Shown piece after piece: positions 42,461 through 56,980 of a stretch of 64,000 nucleotides of DNA. A program made the position numbers and the translations under genes. The DNA comes from the human T2T-CHM13v2.0 reference genome, Homo sapiens. The stretch lies in NCBI RefSeq assembly GCF_009914755.1, contig NC_060925.1. One strand, given 5' to 3'. The notes beneath the pieces are model-generated. The model was not told the origin of the DNA and searched no databases. It was given only the letters and a program-made list of their open reading frames with translations. Each line of letters opens with the position of its first letter. Within the stretch, counting starts at the first letter, position 1.

Positions 42461-44899
42461 CAGTGGACTTAGCACTGTATAAATCTGTCCCTCCATGCTT
42501 CCCACTTGCCCATTTGTCAAATGGACTTGACATTCCTTACTCAGTGGTTGACAGGGAGCCAAGTGAGATATCTGAGCTGTTGAGGATGGATGTGTATCTC
42601 AAGATCCTGGCATTCAGACTGGGGCTCTACAAGTCGCACTATATTTGCAAGTTGTAGCAGAACTATATTAAAAACATGCCCTGCCTGTTTCCCCTCGTTG
42701 GTCCTCCCATTCAGAGAGGGGCTTTCTGGCCTTGTGCTTTAAATAGTCCTCAGACGGTAATGTGGATAGTAGATGAACACAATTCTTGTGAATCCATTTG
42801 CCTTGTGCTTGGGAGTTCTATTCTTAGACCACAATCACCGGAATAGAAAGCCTCCGACCCCACATCCGAACTGAAGCCATGTGGGCCTGGCTAATGGATT
42901 TCTTTGGGAAGCTGGGACAAAGGACCGGGTCTGCTTCTGTCATTGACTAGGCCAGGTATGGAGCAGTCCATTAGAAACCAGTCTCCTCCCAATTGTCTGG
43001 AGTTTATGAGCCTGGCTTACCTGGGATCATTTTCATGTTATGATCCTAATTAAAGTTCAGCCTGTTTACTCTGCTCCAGTCAAGGAGTTACAGGGGGAAT
43101 CAAGGCAGATAAGATGTTTATGGGTGAACCCTGTTTCATTTTCCTCGGATCCACAATTAAAGAATTAACAGCACTTGTTATTTATTGAGCAGAACCGTGG
43201 GAGGGAGGAGGGCTTTAGTGCTTGTTTTGCTGCTTCTGTGAGCCCAGGGCTGCGCCAGCAGCATTTCACTTTTAATCCTTAGTATTGTTAGGCCTATACT
43301 TCCACCTATAGAGGTGGCAATTGAGGATCTTGACTTGCCCAGGGGTTCATGATCACGAACCTTCTACTACTTCATACCTTGAACACCATCTCTTCTAATA
43401 GATGGGCAACAGTATGGTCATTTCTGTGAAGATACTGGTGACTTAAAAGCATTACTAAATGTTTATTAAACACTTGAATATAGTAATTATATATGTGAGA
43501 ATGGATTCACATCTAGGGCTCCTGACAGTATCTGTCAAGATGCTGGCCCCAAACCCTGAGTTTGTCATGTTATGTGGGCATATTTGGTTGCCCAACTCTG
43601 AAGCCAAATGATGCCAGGGAGAGGGAGCCTCCATACTGTGGGGGTGTTTCTAAGAGCAGCCTGGTCCTTAATTATCCTACTAAAGACAGTGTCCTCTGTG
43701 ATCTCAGCCTCATAACATCCCTGTTAAGATAGGAGGGGGCTGAAATCATTTGTTCTCCTTCACATTGAGGGGAGACTCAGGCACAGATGAGAGACAGAGG
43801 CAGAGAAGTTAAATAATTAGTCCAAGGTCACATCAAATGATTTCCAACTCAGCTGATGAATCTGTCTAGGTCTCGGTCTCCAAATATTGCAGCTTCCCTT
43901 ACAATGTAATTTGATCTCAAACACTTTACGTGTCTTATTTTTCTTCCTCCTTTTTCTATTTTGGTAAATAAGATGTTTTTTACACCTACTGCCAGATTAA
44001 TGTTGGGTTTTAATTTAGCCCTTCAAGATGATCAATGACTTAACCGAGGAAACTGCTGCCAGAATGTAGTTTATAATGTACCTTTTTTCCTATACTCGGT
44101 TTTCTGCTTCTGTATTTTGTACATTGTCAGTCTCTGTGGGTTAAGAACTTTGGGACTCTCAAGGGTCATCTTGACAGAGGAGCTTCTGCAGTTGGGAATT
44201 GTTACCTTTCTCAGAGCAGTGCTATTGGGAAAAAAAAATCTAGGCATTTTTGTTCTCAGCTTCACAGAGGAAGTGAAGCACATTCAAGGGTAGCCCATTG
44301 GCTTCTCGTATAGGAATAGTATAGATTTGGCTTATTTTATTCCTTGCTTATTATAATATTATTATTCATAAGCATACCTTTTCAGTTACCCTCATGATTT
44401 ACTATCTGTAAGAGCATAAGCTTACTGTTTGTGTAATATTTGTCGCTGTATTTTAGATGGGAGTTGCTGAGGTGGTATAAGGTTTGGTAACTTCATCCGG
44501 CCTCTCAGGGAAATAACCAAGTTGTTCAGATTCTTAGCTGTATTATGTGAAGTTGTTTGTCAGCTTCATTGCTTACTACTGTGAAATAAGTTATAAAGAG
44601 GAACTTTTAATAAAAATAAATGGATTCACTCAGGGGAGGGGTATTCATTGTTGGTGAAATATGTCGAGTACCAGATGCTTTTTGGTCTCCCAAAGACCTA
44701 TCAAACTGCAGATCTTTTGGCTTTGTAATATATTCAGTTCCACATTTATTCATTCAAGACTTTTGTGTCCTCATTATGTGCCAAGTACTGGGTTGGACAC
44801 TAGGTGACAGAGATGAACAAATCCCTAATCTTGGGATTTCACCGTGGATGTTGGAATTTAGTACCGTTTAGCTTTATTAGGTTCTGCAGTAGTCCCAAG

Positions 44900-46135
44900 A
44901 TTTTCCAAGATCATCCTGTCCTCCAGTGTTCTATTGATTCAACTTCAGAATATATCCCAGACTCTGTCCCTCTTTACTCCTCACTGCTGTTGCCCTGGGT
45001 CCATCTGCCATCATCTCTCACCTGGATTATCTCAGTAGTTTCCCAACTGGTTTCCTTGTTTCCATTCTTGCCTCCTTCTGTCTACTCTCAATATAACAGC
45101 TAGAACAATCCTTTTACAATGGAATTCAGATCATGTTTACCCCTCTGTTCAAATTCTCCAGTGACTTTCCAGTTTTTACATGATCTGGCTCCTACTACCT
45201 GTCTCACTGTGTTTCCTACTACTCTCCTGCTCTTTCTCCTCTTAATAAACACTGGGCTCATGGTGTTTCCTTTAACATGCCAGGCATGCTTGACCCTGTC
45301 CTGTCTCAGGGCCCTGCTGTTCCCTCTGCCTGGAACATTCTTCCCATAGTGTCTGCATGGCTCGCTCTCTCACTGCTTTGGATTGCTGCTCAAAAGTCAC
45401 CTTATCAAAGGCCTTTCCCAAAGGTTTAAAAATCATTCTACTATAAAGACACATGCATACATATGTTTATTGCAGCACTATTCACAATAACAAAGACTTG
45501 GAACCAACCCAAATGCCCATCAATGATAGACTGGATAAAGAAAATATGGCAGGTAAACACCATGGAATACTATGCAGCCATAAAAAAAGAATGAGTTCAT
45601 GTCCTTTGCAGGGACATGGATGAAGCTGGAAACCATTATTCTCAGCAAACTAACACAGGAACAGAAAACCAAACACCACATGTTCTCACTCATAAGTGGG
45701 AGTTGAACAATGAGAACATACGGGCACAGTGGGGGGAACATCACACACCAGGGCCTGTCGGGGGGTGAGAGGCAAGGGAAGTGATAGCATTAAGAGAAAT
45801 ACCTAATGTAGATTATGGGTTGATGGGGGCAGCAAACCACCATGGCACATGTGTACCTATGTAACAAACCTGCACATTCTGCACATATATCCCAGAACTT
45901 AAAGTATAATTAAAGAAAAGGAAAAGAAAAAAAAAGTCACCTTATCAAGACCCTCTAGGCTACTCTGCATAAAATATACCCCACTTCATATTTCCTATTT
46001 GATGTCTGACTCCCCCTCCTCCTTCACTAAAACGTAAGCTCCATAAGGGAAGGGATTTTGTCTGTTTTGTTCTGTTGTATCCCTAAATACCTAGAAGGTG
46101 CTCAGTAAATATTTGTTGGTTGAATGAATAAATCA
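44900..46135 (+). mobile_element. L2 LINE 3' portion interrupted by an L1PA insertion
   Basis: C/T-rich L2 body (CCATCATCTCTCACCTGGATTAT, GCTGTTCCCTCTGCCTGGAAC) and terminus GGTGCTCAGTAAATATTTGTTGGTTGAATGAAT. Confidence 0.85.
45415..45931 (+). mobile_element. 5'-truncated primate L1 (L1PA) 3' end with 17-bp TSD
   Basis: L1PA ORF2 end and 3' UTR (ATGTTCTCACTCATAAGTGGGAGTTGAACAATGAGAAC...), A-rich tail, and TSD AAAAGTCACCTTATCAA at 45392-45408 and 45932-45948. Confidence 0.95.
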
Positions 46136-47841
46136 GCCTATTATTTAATCAGTCAATGTCCTCTGTAAAAAGGACTTCTCATACCAGTGGCACATATCTG
46201 TATGATGGTCAGTGTAGGGAGGGACATGGTCAGAATGGCTCTGTCTGTGTGGGATAGTTTTTCTTAGTATAATCCCAGAAGACTCCTATTGGGGTTAAGC
46301 CACAGATTTAGCGTTATTAGTACCACTCTTTAATCATAAAGTCAGAGGATGTTATGATTGGAAGGGATCTGGGGGACTGTTTGGTCCACTTTTCTCATTA
46401 TTGATGTGAGAATAACAGAGCCTAGAGAAAGTAAGTGAATTACTCACAGTCATAAAGCTATAGGGGTCAATCTGAAATTAGGCTTCTGACATACGATTCT
46501 GTAGTCTTTCCTGCATGTGTTCCCCCTGGCTGAGACAGTTTGTGGGCTTTCAGAGTTGACAATTTTCTCTCCAGTCTCTAAACAGGAGCTTTTATCTGGA
46601 CATTCTAGGTTAGCATAGATGGACGATGACCCTGTAATGTGTGGAAAGTCCCAAAGGGTGAGCACTGTGAATGGGAACTACCCCAGATGTGTCAGGAGCA
46701 CCACAGGCACGCTCACTCTTCCATTGGCAGGAGATGTGTAGGGTGGAAAGGAAACCAAAATCAAGACCCTTTGTTGCTCCAGTTCTTTTATTACATGTCA
46801 CAGTCGAATGTGTCTCCATTTAAATTCAGATTTTTTGATGAATGGCCAGACCAGCTGCAGGCCCTTTGGGCCAGAAGCCTTGATCTCGCCAACTGTTCAT
46901 TTTCTTGATGGACTTCCTTATTTCAGGCATTTGTGTGTAGCTGGTCTATTGTGGAGTTGTCAGAGGGGTGTAGAGCCCCCTCTTTGGGACAGTCAGTCCT
47001 CCCTGTGCAGCATGTCCTGAAGCTGGCCTGCCTCCATCCTCTTTCTAAGTGTGTGAGGTCTTTTGTTAAACAGGGTAAAGTGAGGGAGGACTCCTAAAGA
47101 GAGAAAAACTCCTCCAGCATTTGCTGGAACGTGTTTGTGAACTGAGCAAGATGTAATTGGGATGGCATAAAAAAAAGACTTACATTTACTTAATTTCTTG
47201 CTGTCTGGTTTGTGATATATGGTGCCCCAAATTGAGGTTAGAAGGAGCTTTGATCATATGTCAAGGAGGTGTCATATTTAATTCTACTCCCTGTGGCCTC
47301 TCTTACAATACCAGTCATGCATAAAGCCCGTGGTTTTGCTGCATCTAGTTTTACTGAAGCAAAGGCTCTGCACTTTCATAGTTTACACTGACATATTTCT
47401 AGTTTGCATCTGAAATGTACTCTGAGGATGCTGACTTCCAGATAGCCATTTTTGGGTTAAGGGAAGTTCAAGTCTCCTGAGTATAGTAGCTACACCACCT
47501 GGAGAGCTTCATTTTGGTTTGGTGACAAAATTTATTTTAGCTTAGTTTTCTTACATTAGGTGGGCAAAATAAGAAAGGCCAGAAAAGTTTAGGACAGTTT
47601 TCTGAGACACTCAGCAAAACTATGAGGCCTAGAATTGAGAACTGGGTATTACCCTGTAGATGGTGTCTTTTCAAGCTGGGCTAGTGGAGTTTCTGAGCAG
47701 CAGCTGCATTCTCCTTGTACATCTTCAGGTTTTGTAGGATTACCTTTAGCCCTCTAAGTGATCAGATCTGCCTCACTGTCACTCATGGGAGCCCTTGATC
47801 TGGACAACGTGGACCTTGAGTAGCTGAGTTCAAACAACTGA

Positions 47842-48186
<345 letters not shown>

Positions 48187-49509
48187 TAATTGAAGAGGTA
48201 GAGAAGCAATCTCAAGGTCAGGACAACTTACCCTGAGGTTCTCACTTGTCAGGGATTGTGCTGGATTCTGACTTAGGTTCTGCCATCAAACACAGAATGC
48301 CCTGATCCTTAGAGGCAGAGGCAGCTCTTTAGCCTATAGGGTAAATAACCGGGAATGGAATTCTCACCAATTCTTATCTTCTATGCTAAAAGTTTTACTT
48401 TAAGATTTAGGCCTGCTTTTTTCTTTCTCTCTGTCTCTCTCTCTTTTTTTTTCCCCCCAGTAACAGTTTAAAATTGGTGCCTTAGACGCAAGCAAAAAGA
48501 TATTAGCGCAGCTTTAGAAATAAGTGTGAGTCCACATGTAATTTTTTAGTTTCTCCTCTCCCTTCGCTTTTTGCTTTCTTGGTAGTATGCTAATTGTATT
48601 CTTTTTCTGCATCTTTTTTCCCCATTCTTTGGCAGATATTATTACTTGTCTTGAAAGAGTAGGTGAAGAGCTGTTTTTAGGACTCTTTGAAAGGGTACAG
48701 TATGGATGACAGTCTTGGCTAAATGTAATCAGATCCAGGAAGCTGGAGTCAGTGTGAGCTGGAATCAGTTCAAATTAGCAAAGCACTGGCGCTCAGTGGC
48801 AGGAATACAAGTGACCACAAAGTGTTAAACACATCTGGAAAGGGATTCTGACATCATCCTGAGAATCTTTGGGGAATACATATAGCCTGTAGACCCATTC
48901 CTCTTTGACCCTATAAAGATTCTTTAAAGAGTAATACCCTGAGTGGTTTTCTGGCCAGCTTGCCTGCTCATTTATCTTTGAGGAGATGGAAGGAGACAAT
49001 ATGCCTCGTGGAGATCCACAGGCCCTAGAGGTGTATGGATTGTGCATTTGGAAGTGCTGAAGCTGAGAGACTGGGTCTCTTGGTGGACCCCAAGGGATCT
49101 GCTTTTCCTCTACTCATTGTCCCTACACAACTTTTCCTGGCAGCCGGCATTGCTGTTTAGATGGGTTGTTCTTTGCTGTTTAAGTTGTTTGGCAGTGGTG
49201 TGTCAGGATGCGGGTTTTCTTAATACTTTCCCAGCTGGTTACTTGAGTGGTGGTTAGGGAGGGGCTGTTCTGGGGCTGCTCTGGAGCTGTTGAGGTCGGG
49301 TGTCTGTCTGGATACTCACAGCTGGTCTGTCGAGGAGAACGCTGTTCTCGTTCTGCTGCCTTTGGTGGTGCTGTGTGTGGCTCTTTAGATGTGGGTGGAG
49401 ATGAGTTGGGGGAGTTAATGAGATCTTTTTTTAGCTGCTTTTGATAAAGTAGTCTGTACTACAGGATTCATTGTGACTTTTTCCCTTAACCTGTGCATAC
49501 TTCTTTGCT

Positions 49510-50045
<536 letters not shown>

Positions 50046-50384
50046 CTCCATTTTCAAGAGCAAGCCCTTTTGTAGTTTCTGAGCTAATTATGACTGCAAA
50101 GGAAGTTCTATAGGTAGCCTCAGATCTACCACCTAGTAAATCTGCTACTAACCAGACCTAGAATCTAGGATTCTAGATCAAGTGCTGGGCAACATGATAC
50201 CTCTGCAACTTGGCACCTCCCTATATCCCTCCAGTTGGTTTGGCCCATCAGGACTAATATTACCCCTCATATCCTAGTCTCTCTTGTAGGCAGAAGCCTT
50301 GCCTAAACCCTAAGCTGCTTAGCTCACATTCTGTCTTGCTTTTTCTGTTTTTTTTTTTTTTTTTTTTTTTTTTTGGAGGGGGTT

Positions 50385-50900
50385 CAAATATAAAATATAC
50401 GGGAAAGAAATATAATGAACCTCCATGTACCCAACACCCGGATTAAACAGTTATCTCAATTTTGCCAGACTTGTTTCATCTACTTCAATCTCCCTAAACA
50501 TTTACGTTTGTACAGGAAAAACTGGATAAATACCTAATTCTCCACCCTATCTCCCATTTTAAGTCATTTTTCAGAATAATGAGTTAGTGACTAGTAACCT
50601 CCACTGTAGTGACCAATAGTTTTTTTTCCTGAATATCGTAATGAGCTCATAGATTATTGTTTGCATTTGAGCCCATTGTAGTCACTATTAATTGTTTTAG
50701 ATGCTCATATTGTCTCAGGTTAATAAGTATCTCTTCAAGTTGACTCCCATGGCCTTTTGACGTGATCCTGTTGGACTTGGATGGCTTCCTTGCTTTCTGG
50801 CAAAAAAAAAAAAAAGATGTTCCAGGATCTATATCCTGCACCATACATGGAGTCAGCCATTTCTCTAGGGGGTCTTGATTCCTTTTAGTAGAGAACACAG
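50385..50900 (-). mobile_element. Old L1 (L1MC/ME-type) fragment
   Basis: TATAATGAACCTCCATGTACCCA...AGATGTTCCAGG...GGAGTCAGCCATTTCTC, resembling an antisense old-L1 3' region. Confidence 0.65.
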
Positions 50901-53348
50901 TTTGGGCTCTAGGACTGAATTACTTTTGTGAACCTCCTCTCCTGCGATTACAGCCTGCACCCCTGCTTATAGCCAGTAGAAGCTCTTGTTGGGCATCAAC
51001 AGATCGAAAACCACCATGTAGTTCTGCCTCACTCTTACAAAGATTCATCTCTTGAGAATTTTGTGCTCTACCCCCGTTGTAGTCTTTATGGTTTTGAAAC
51101 TTTTGCTTCAGTCACCCTGAATTTTGCCAGCCATAGACATGCCATACCTTGGATTGCCAAACTGCCCTCACTGGAGCCAATTTCTCTGGTTAGAATAGTT
51201 GTCCCAACTCATGCTTAATACTCCAGTAAGCAAGGTTCCACCTGGGCTCAGGTTAACTTTTCTCCTTTGGGCCCTGTGTTCTACCAGCATTCCATTTATC
51301 TGAAACCCTCCCTCACCTCATCAAGATCTTATCTGGTCTTTAATGATTTACTCTGCTGCTTCCTGGGTTCTAAAGAACCCAGTTCAGGAGTTCCTCTTTC
51401 AGTTCAAGATCTTATTGGCCTGTCTCGTCAGGTTGGTGTCAGCCCAGCTAGGATTAAACAGAATGGGGTGGGGGGTTGTAGTGCACTTTTGACACAGCGT
51501 GTACCTGGCTGACTACTTCTCTGTCTTTTTTTTCCTATTGCAATTCATGAGTCTCAGCATCTTCTGAATGGTGTTTAGTAGGTCATCATGTTGAGTTCCT
51601 GCTCTAGGGAGTAGCATACTCTGGCTCTGTATCATTGGCAAAGGGATTTAAGGTTAGATGATAGGCTGCAGTTTTGTTAAATGGAACAATATGAAGAGAT
51701 GGCATTATAAAGAGGCTTGGCAGCAGGGCCCATTTGAATGGTTGGTTCTTGATTCCCATGTTGATATAGGCAGATCCTTGACAGGAATTTTGAATGGTCC
51801 CAAATGTGGTAAATCGCTGGTACATCAAGTCATCCTCAAAGTTGTCTGTGTAACTGTGTTGAATGCAGTTTTGTGAATCTCTGGTGATTGTCTGTATAGG
51901 GCTTAATCATTTAGTTATTTTAGTTGAGCCTGTTTAACTTCTTCAAGAAGATAAGATATGTGAAAGAGATGCAGACAGTAGGGAAAAAGCTCTAGGAGCT
52001 TTGCTCCCCCATCCTCTACTTGGGTTCTGGAACTGGACTCATAGGTGAGTAGTGAGGAGCTGGGCTCAAGCGAATTAATCCCGGATCTAGCTGTGCTATG
52101 TGTTCGCTCCAGTCCTTGTGTCAAAGTTCACTTTGAGCCACTCAGAGTAGCGTGTAGAGTGGTCATTCAGGACTGTGCTAACTTACACTTCATTGTATCA
52201 AATGGGAGATCCAGTAATTTATAGTCTATTATTTCTGGAGTCTGGAGATGACTCTGTATAAGCTTTGCTGAAGCAGATTTTATTACATTAGAAGAGAACC
52301 TACCTGGCTGCATCCAACACCAGAAGCTTTTAGATGCTAAGTAAGGAGGTCATAGTAAAGGTAACAGAATGACTCTGGAACCCATTACCCCACCCAAGAA
52401 GGAGAGTAATGAATTCCGGGTTGCCCTCTTTTCATTTCCCTTTGATTTTGAGTAATAAATTCCCTCCTTACTTCCCAGCTGAACAATTTGGGAGTCTGTA
52501 TTCCCTAGAAAGACTCTGTTCACATACCCATCAGGCTAAATTAGGTGAAATCTCTTTGGCCTTAATGAATGTTGAAGGATTTTAAAGGGCTAATGGAAAT
52601 TCTTCTAGAAGTAACAATTCCCATTCTATTGGTGAGGCAGTTCTAAAGAAAGTCCCTGAACCTCTTAGGTTATTTTGTACAGCAAAAGAACCAGCATTGG
52701 GTTTTCTTTGCTAATAGATGACAGGGAGAATGTAGACACTTGGAATCCATGGAGAATCCCTAAGTTGCATTTTAGCCTTCATGTTATGTCTCCTTTCCTA
52801 ACCTTTTTACCAGAGCTGATCACAGGAAACAGCATGATAGATTTGCATGACCTAGCTCCCTGCCTTCTCCTGCCATTCTTTTAGAAAGTGGTGAGTGGCT
52901 GCCTGCCAGGTAAAATCTGGGTGACAAAATCCAAAGTTAGATTCAGAGTTATAAGCATAGCCCTCACCCAAGTTGCTTCCAAAGAAAAGAAAGGAAGAGT
53001 GTTGTGTAAAGTCTTGCTTCCTTGCCTTTAAATTGGGTACTTATTGAGTTACCACATTAGAATCGTGCATTGTGCTAGTTGTTGTACTCCTGTTGATTGA
53101 TTAATTTCATTCTACATTCATGGAACACCAACAATGTGCCTGGTACTATGCTGAGTACCTGAGATAAAAAGATAAACAGGAGTTGGTCCTTACCACTTAG
53201 AGCTCACAGTCTACTACTGCGAGAGTGTGGGAAGGTGTGATAAGAGCTATAGTGGTCTTGCCACATAATTTGCATTTGTATCTTAAAGCCAGTGGGGAAC
53301 CATGGAAATATTTTAAGCAGGGGAGTGACATGATTCATTTGCATTTTA

Positions 53349-53682
53349 CTTTTTTTTTTTCTTTTATGAGACAGAGTCTTGCTCTGTCGCCCAGGCTTGA
53401 GTGCAGTAGTGTGATCATAGCTCACTGTAACCTCAGACTCCTGGGCTGAAGTGATCCTCTTGCCTCAGCCTGTTAAGTAGCAGGGACTACAATTGTGCAC
53501 CACTACACACTGCTATTTTTTTTTTTTTTTTTTTGAGATGGGGTCTCACTCTTGTTTCCCAGGATGGAGTGCAGTAGCGTGATCATGGCTTGCTGCAGCC
53601 TCACCTACCTGGGTTCAAGCGATCCTTGTGCCTCAGCCTCCCAAGGTGCTGCGATTACAGGTGTGAGCCACTATATTTGGTC
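53349..53682 (-). mobile_element. Two tandem Alu right-arm/FRAM-like monomers
   Basis: Each unit has a poly-T and contains GGAGTGCAGT/TGAGTGCAGT right-arm sequence. Confidence 0.85.
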
Positions 53683-53914
53683 TCATTTGTATTTTTGAAA
53701 GATCACTGGTGGCAGTGAAGATACCAGTGGGTTGGAGGGAGGGAGACTAGAGGCAATAACAATTTAGATAATAGATATTTACTGAGCCCCTGCTAAGTGC
53801 CAGGCACCGATCCAGGTGCTGGGAACCTAGGGGGTGAGTGAATAAGACAGTCTCTGCCCTCATGGAGCTTACATTCTAATAGTGGTAGAGTAGTGTGGTG
53901 GTAGGAAAGCAGAC

Positions 53915-53951
53915 TATATATATATATATATATATATATACTATATATATA
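53915..53951. repeat. (TA)n microsatellite, interrupted once
   Basis: Read directly. Confidence 0.95.
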
Positions 53952-54343
53952 CATGCAACAAATGATATTTTTTCAGATGGTGATAAGTAATTTGAAAAAA
54001 TAAATAAATAGAGCTATGGGAGTTAGAGTGTTTGGGCATTGGGATGGGTACTAATGGGAATGGGCAGTGAAGGCCTCTCTGAGGAGGTGATATTTGAGCT
54101 GAGGCAGCTATGAGAAGACCTAGGCAAGAGTGGTCCTGATGGGTAGAACGGCAAGTGCAGGGACCTAAGATGTGAACAGGCTTGGCACGGTGCATAAGCA
54201 CCGTAAAGGTGGTCAGAGTAGCTGGAGCATGGTGGAACCCAGAGGAGCAAGTAATAGTCAGTTGAGGGTGGAGCACATTCTAAGCCATGGGAAGGAATCT
54301 GGATTAATTCCAGTGGAGTAAGAAGCACTGTGATTAATTAAAT

Positions 54344-54562
54344 CAGGGGTCAGCAAACTACAGCCCATGGGTCAAATCTGTCCTGCTGCCTATTTTTATG
54401 AATAAGCCATATTGGAACAGTCATACCCATGGGTTTGTATATCGTCCATGGCTATTTTTAATGTTAGAAGAGCAGAGTTGAGTAGTTTCAACAGAGAACA
54501 TATGGCCCAGAAGCCTAAAATATTTACTATCTGGCCTTTATAGAAAAAGTTTACTATCCCTG
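54344..54562. mobile_element. MER58A-like hAT-Charlie DNA transposon with perfect 8-bp TSD
   Basis: TIRs CAGGGGTCAGCAAACT...AGTTTACTATCCCTG; AATTAAAT at 54336-54343 and 54563-54570. Confidence 0.92.
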
Positions 54563-55522
54563 AATTAAATGATCTAATTTAAGTTTTGAGGAGACACTCT
54601 GGCTACTGTTGAGATAATTAATGGTAGGAGACAAGAGTATATCTGAATAGTTCAGATAAGAAATAACTAGATGTTGAGCCACCAGAAAGCAAAGATCACA
54701 CCGTTTTTGTTCTGTTTAAAAACACCTAGGTATGCTTTATACTCATTAAATATTGTTGAATGAATGATGAGATGCTGAATAAGGGAGTGCCAGTGAATAT
54801 GAAGGGGAAGTGAGGTTTTGAGAAATATTTAGGAGGTAAAAAATCAGTGCAGCTTATTGTTGACAAGGTGAATAGAAATAGGAGTAGGACAGAAGGAGGA
54901 CTGTAGATGCCCTTCAGGCTTCTGGTTCAGGGATCTTGGTGCATGGTTGGTGTTCCATGAACCTAGAATGAAATTGATCAATCAACAGGCTATTAACTGA
55001 GACAGGAGAAGTGGAGATACAAAGAGCATACACTGCCAGGAAGAAGGAATTAATCTTTGGACATGAGACTCCCGGGACATCCAGGTAGAGATGTCTGAAA
55101 GGTAGTTGGAAAGACAGAGCTCGGTGGCATGATGCCTAGACTTATGGTAACCAGAATTCTGGAGTCGTTAGCTAGTGTGGGCTCTCCTAAGAAGGGTGTG
55201 TGATGAGAAGGTCAGGGTTGGATTTCATAAGGCATTCATTTCCATTACATTTTGGATCCAGAGAGGAGGCAAAGGTAAACTAGCTGTGTGGACAGTTTGC
55301 ATCAGTCAGTCAGTCAGATCATCCCATGACCATGGCATATTTTTCCTGCAGAAGCTGATAGGCTCAGATGAAGCTTTGCCTTATCTGTTCCTCTGGCTGC
55401 CAACCTCTTTCTCTTAGTTGGGTTGACTGGGGCAGTGGTGGAGGTTTCTTCCCAGACTCTCTGCTAAGGTTGGAACATTTGTGGCCTTTTAATTCTGTAG
55501 GTGATTCATATTTGCATTTATC

Positions 55523-55845
<323 letters not shown>

Positions 55846-55920
55846 TAGAAGTGTCTAGTTGTTCTTGGTGTTTTGTTAGAGCAAGAACTCTCTGACACAA
55901 GGGTTAGGCAAGTGGCTAAG

Positions 55921-55993
55921 TTTTATTAAACATTGTTAAATATTAATAAATTTATTAAATATTATTAAATATTATTAAATTTATTAAATATTG
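55921..55993. repeat. AT-rich low-complexity repeat (TATTAAAT-like units)
   Basis: Read directly; includes the palindrome TTAATAAATTTATTAA at 55943-55958. Confidence 0.85.
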
Positions 55994-56599
55994 TGGGTTC
56001 TTTTAACCCACAAAGCTAGATAAACCCATTAGAAGTCCTGAACAATAGCTTCCCCTTTCCTTTTTGTCTGGGGAAGGGGAACCACAGAAATACTTAATAA
56101 AAAAGCACTTGTGCTGAAAATGGTCTTAAAACTGGATGCAAATCTCCCCTTTACAGAAGTTCATTATGAAAACCCAAGGATGAAATCAACATTGTAAAGG
56201 GAGTAGGGAAGGATGACCACTCTCTATCCCGCTCTTCCACCCCCCTCATATTTTTTTCAGCATACTGTCACACCTCTGTTGTTTGTACATTTTTAGAAGA
56301 CACTTTTTGAACACATTTTAACCCCGTCTTACATATAATATTCAAATTTTAGGGTCCCATGTTTTATGAGTTTCTCCTTTTCTAAAGAAACAGTTGAGTA
56401 ATAGTTTTGCTACTCCTCTAACCTAAATTATTCCTGTCATGAGGTTAGTGACTTCTGACAGGCAGAGGTAAGTAGTTTAAAGCCTGATTACCTAGTCCCA
56501 AAGTGGACGAAATGGAGCCTTGAACCAAATAAATAGGTAGTAAAGGTAAATTTAAAATATGAAAAAAAATTTTTTTGAAAGGCATATATGTTGACGAGT

Positions 56600-56980
56600 A
56601 TTATTTCCACTCCTGTCTGGTCCACCCTGTAGAACCCCTGCTCCTTATTGTGGGTGTCACTCTTAATAGTTCCTTATATATCTGTGCAGTGTTTCTTTAT
56701 GTAAATAAAAGGAGATATGAACATATGTTCTTACCCCTCCACGTTCTTTTACATGAAAGGTAACTCATTATCTAACCTGTTCTGTACTATTTTGTCCTTA
56801 ACAGTATGTCTTGGGGATCTTTCCTTGTTGGTACAGAGAAAGCTTTCTCGTTCGTATATCAGAGCTGCATAGTATTCCATTGTATGGATGGCTGCCTCCT
56901 ACTTTATTGAATCAGTTCCTTACAAATGTGCACTTGAGTTGTTTCCAGTATTTGCTATTACAAGCAATACTTCAGTGAAC
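56600..56980 (-). mobile_element. Old L1 (L1ME-type) fragment
   Basis: GCTGCATAGTATTCCATTGTATGGATG...GTTGTTTCCAGTATTTGCTATTACAA...GTGAAC. Confidence 0.7.

Larger units (their letters stand above)
53090..55200 (-). mobile_element. L2 LINE fragments hosting Alu monomers, (TA)n and MER58
   Basis: TATTTACTGAGCCCCTGCTAAGTGCCAGGCAC...CTCTGCCCTCATGGAGCTTACATTCTA; GGCCTCTCTGAGGAGGTGATATTTGAGCTGAG; TTTTAAGCAGGGGAGTGACATGAT. Confidence 0.75.

Noticed and set aside
49335-49352. GAGAAC-GCT-GTTCTC palindrome as a steroid-receptor or heat-shock element
   Set aside because: Spacing matches neither AGAACAnnnTGTTCT nor nGAAnnTTCn.
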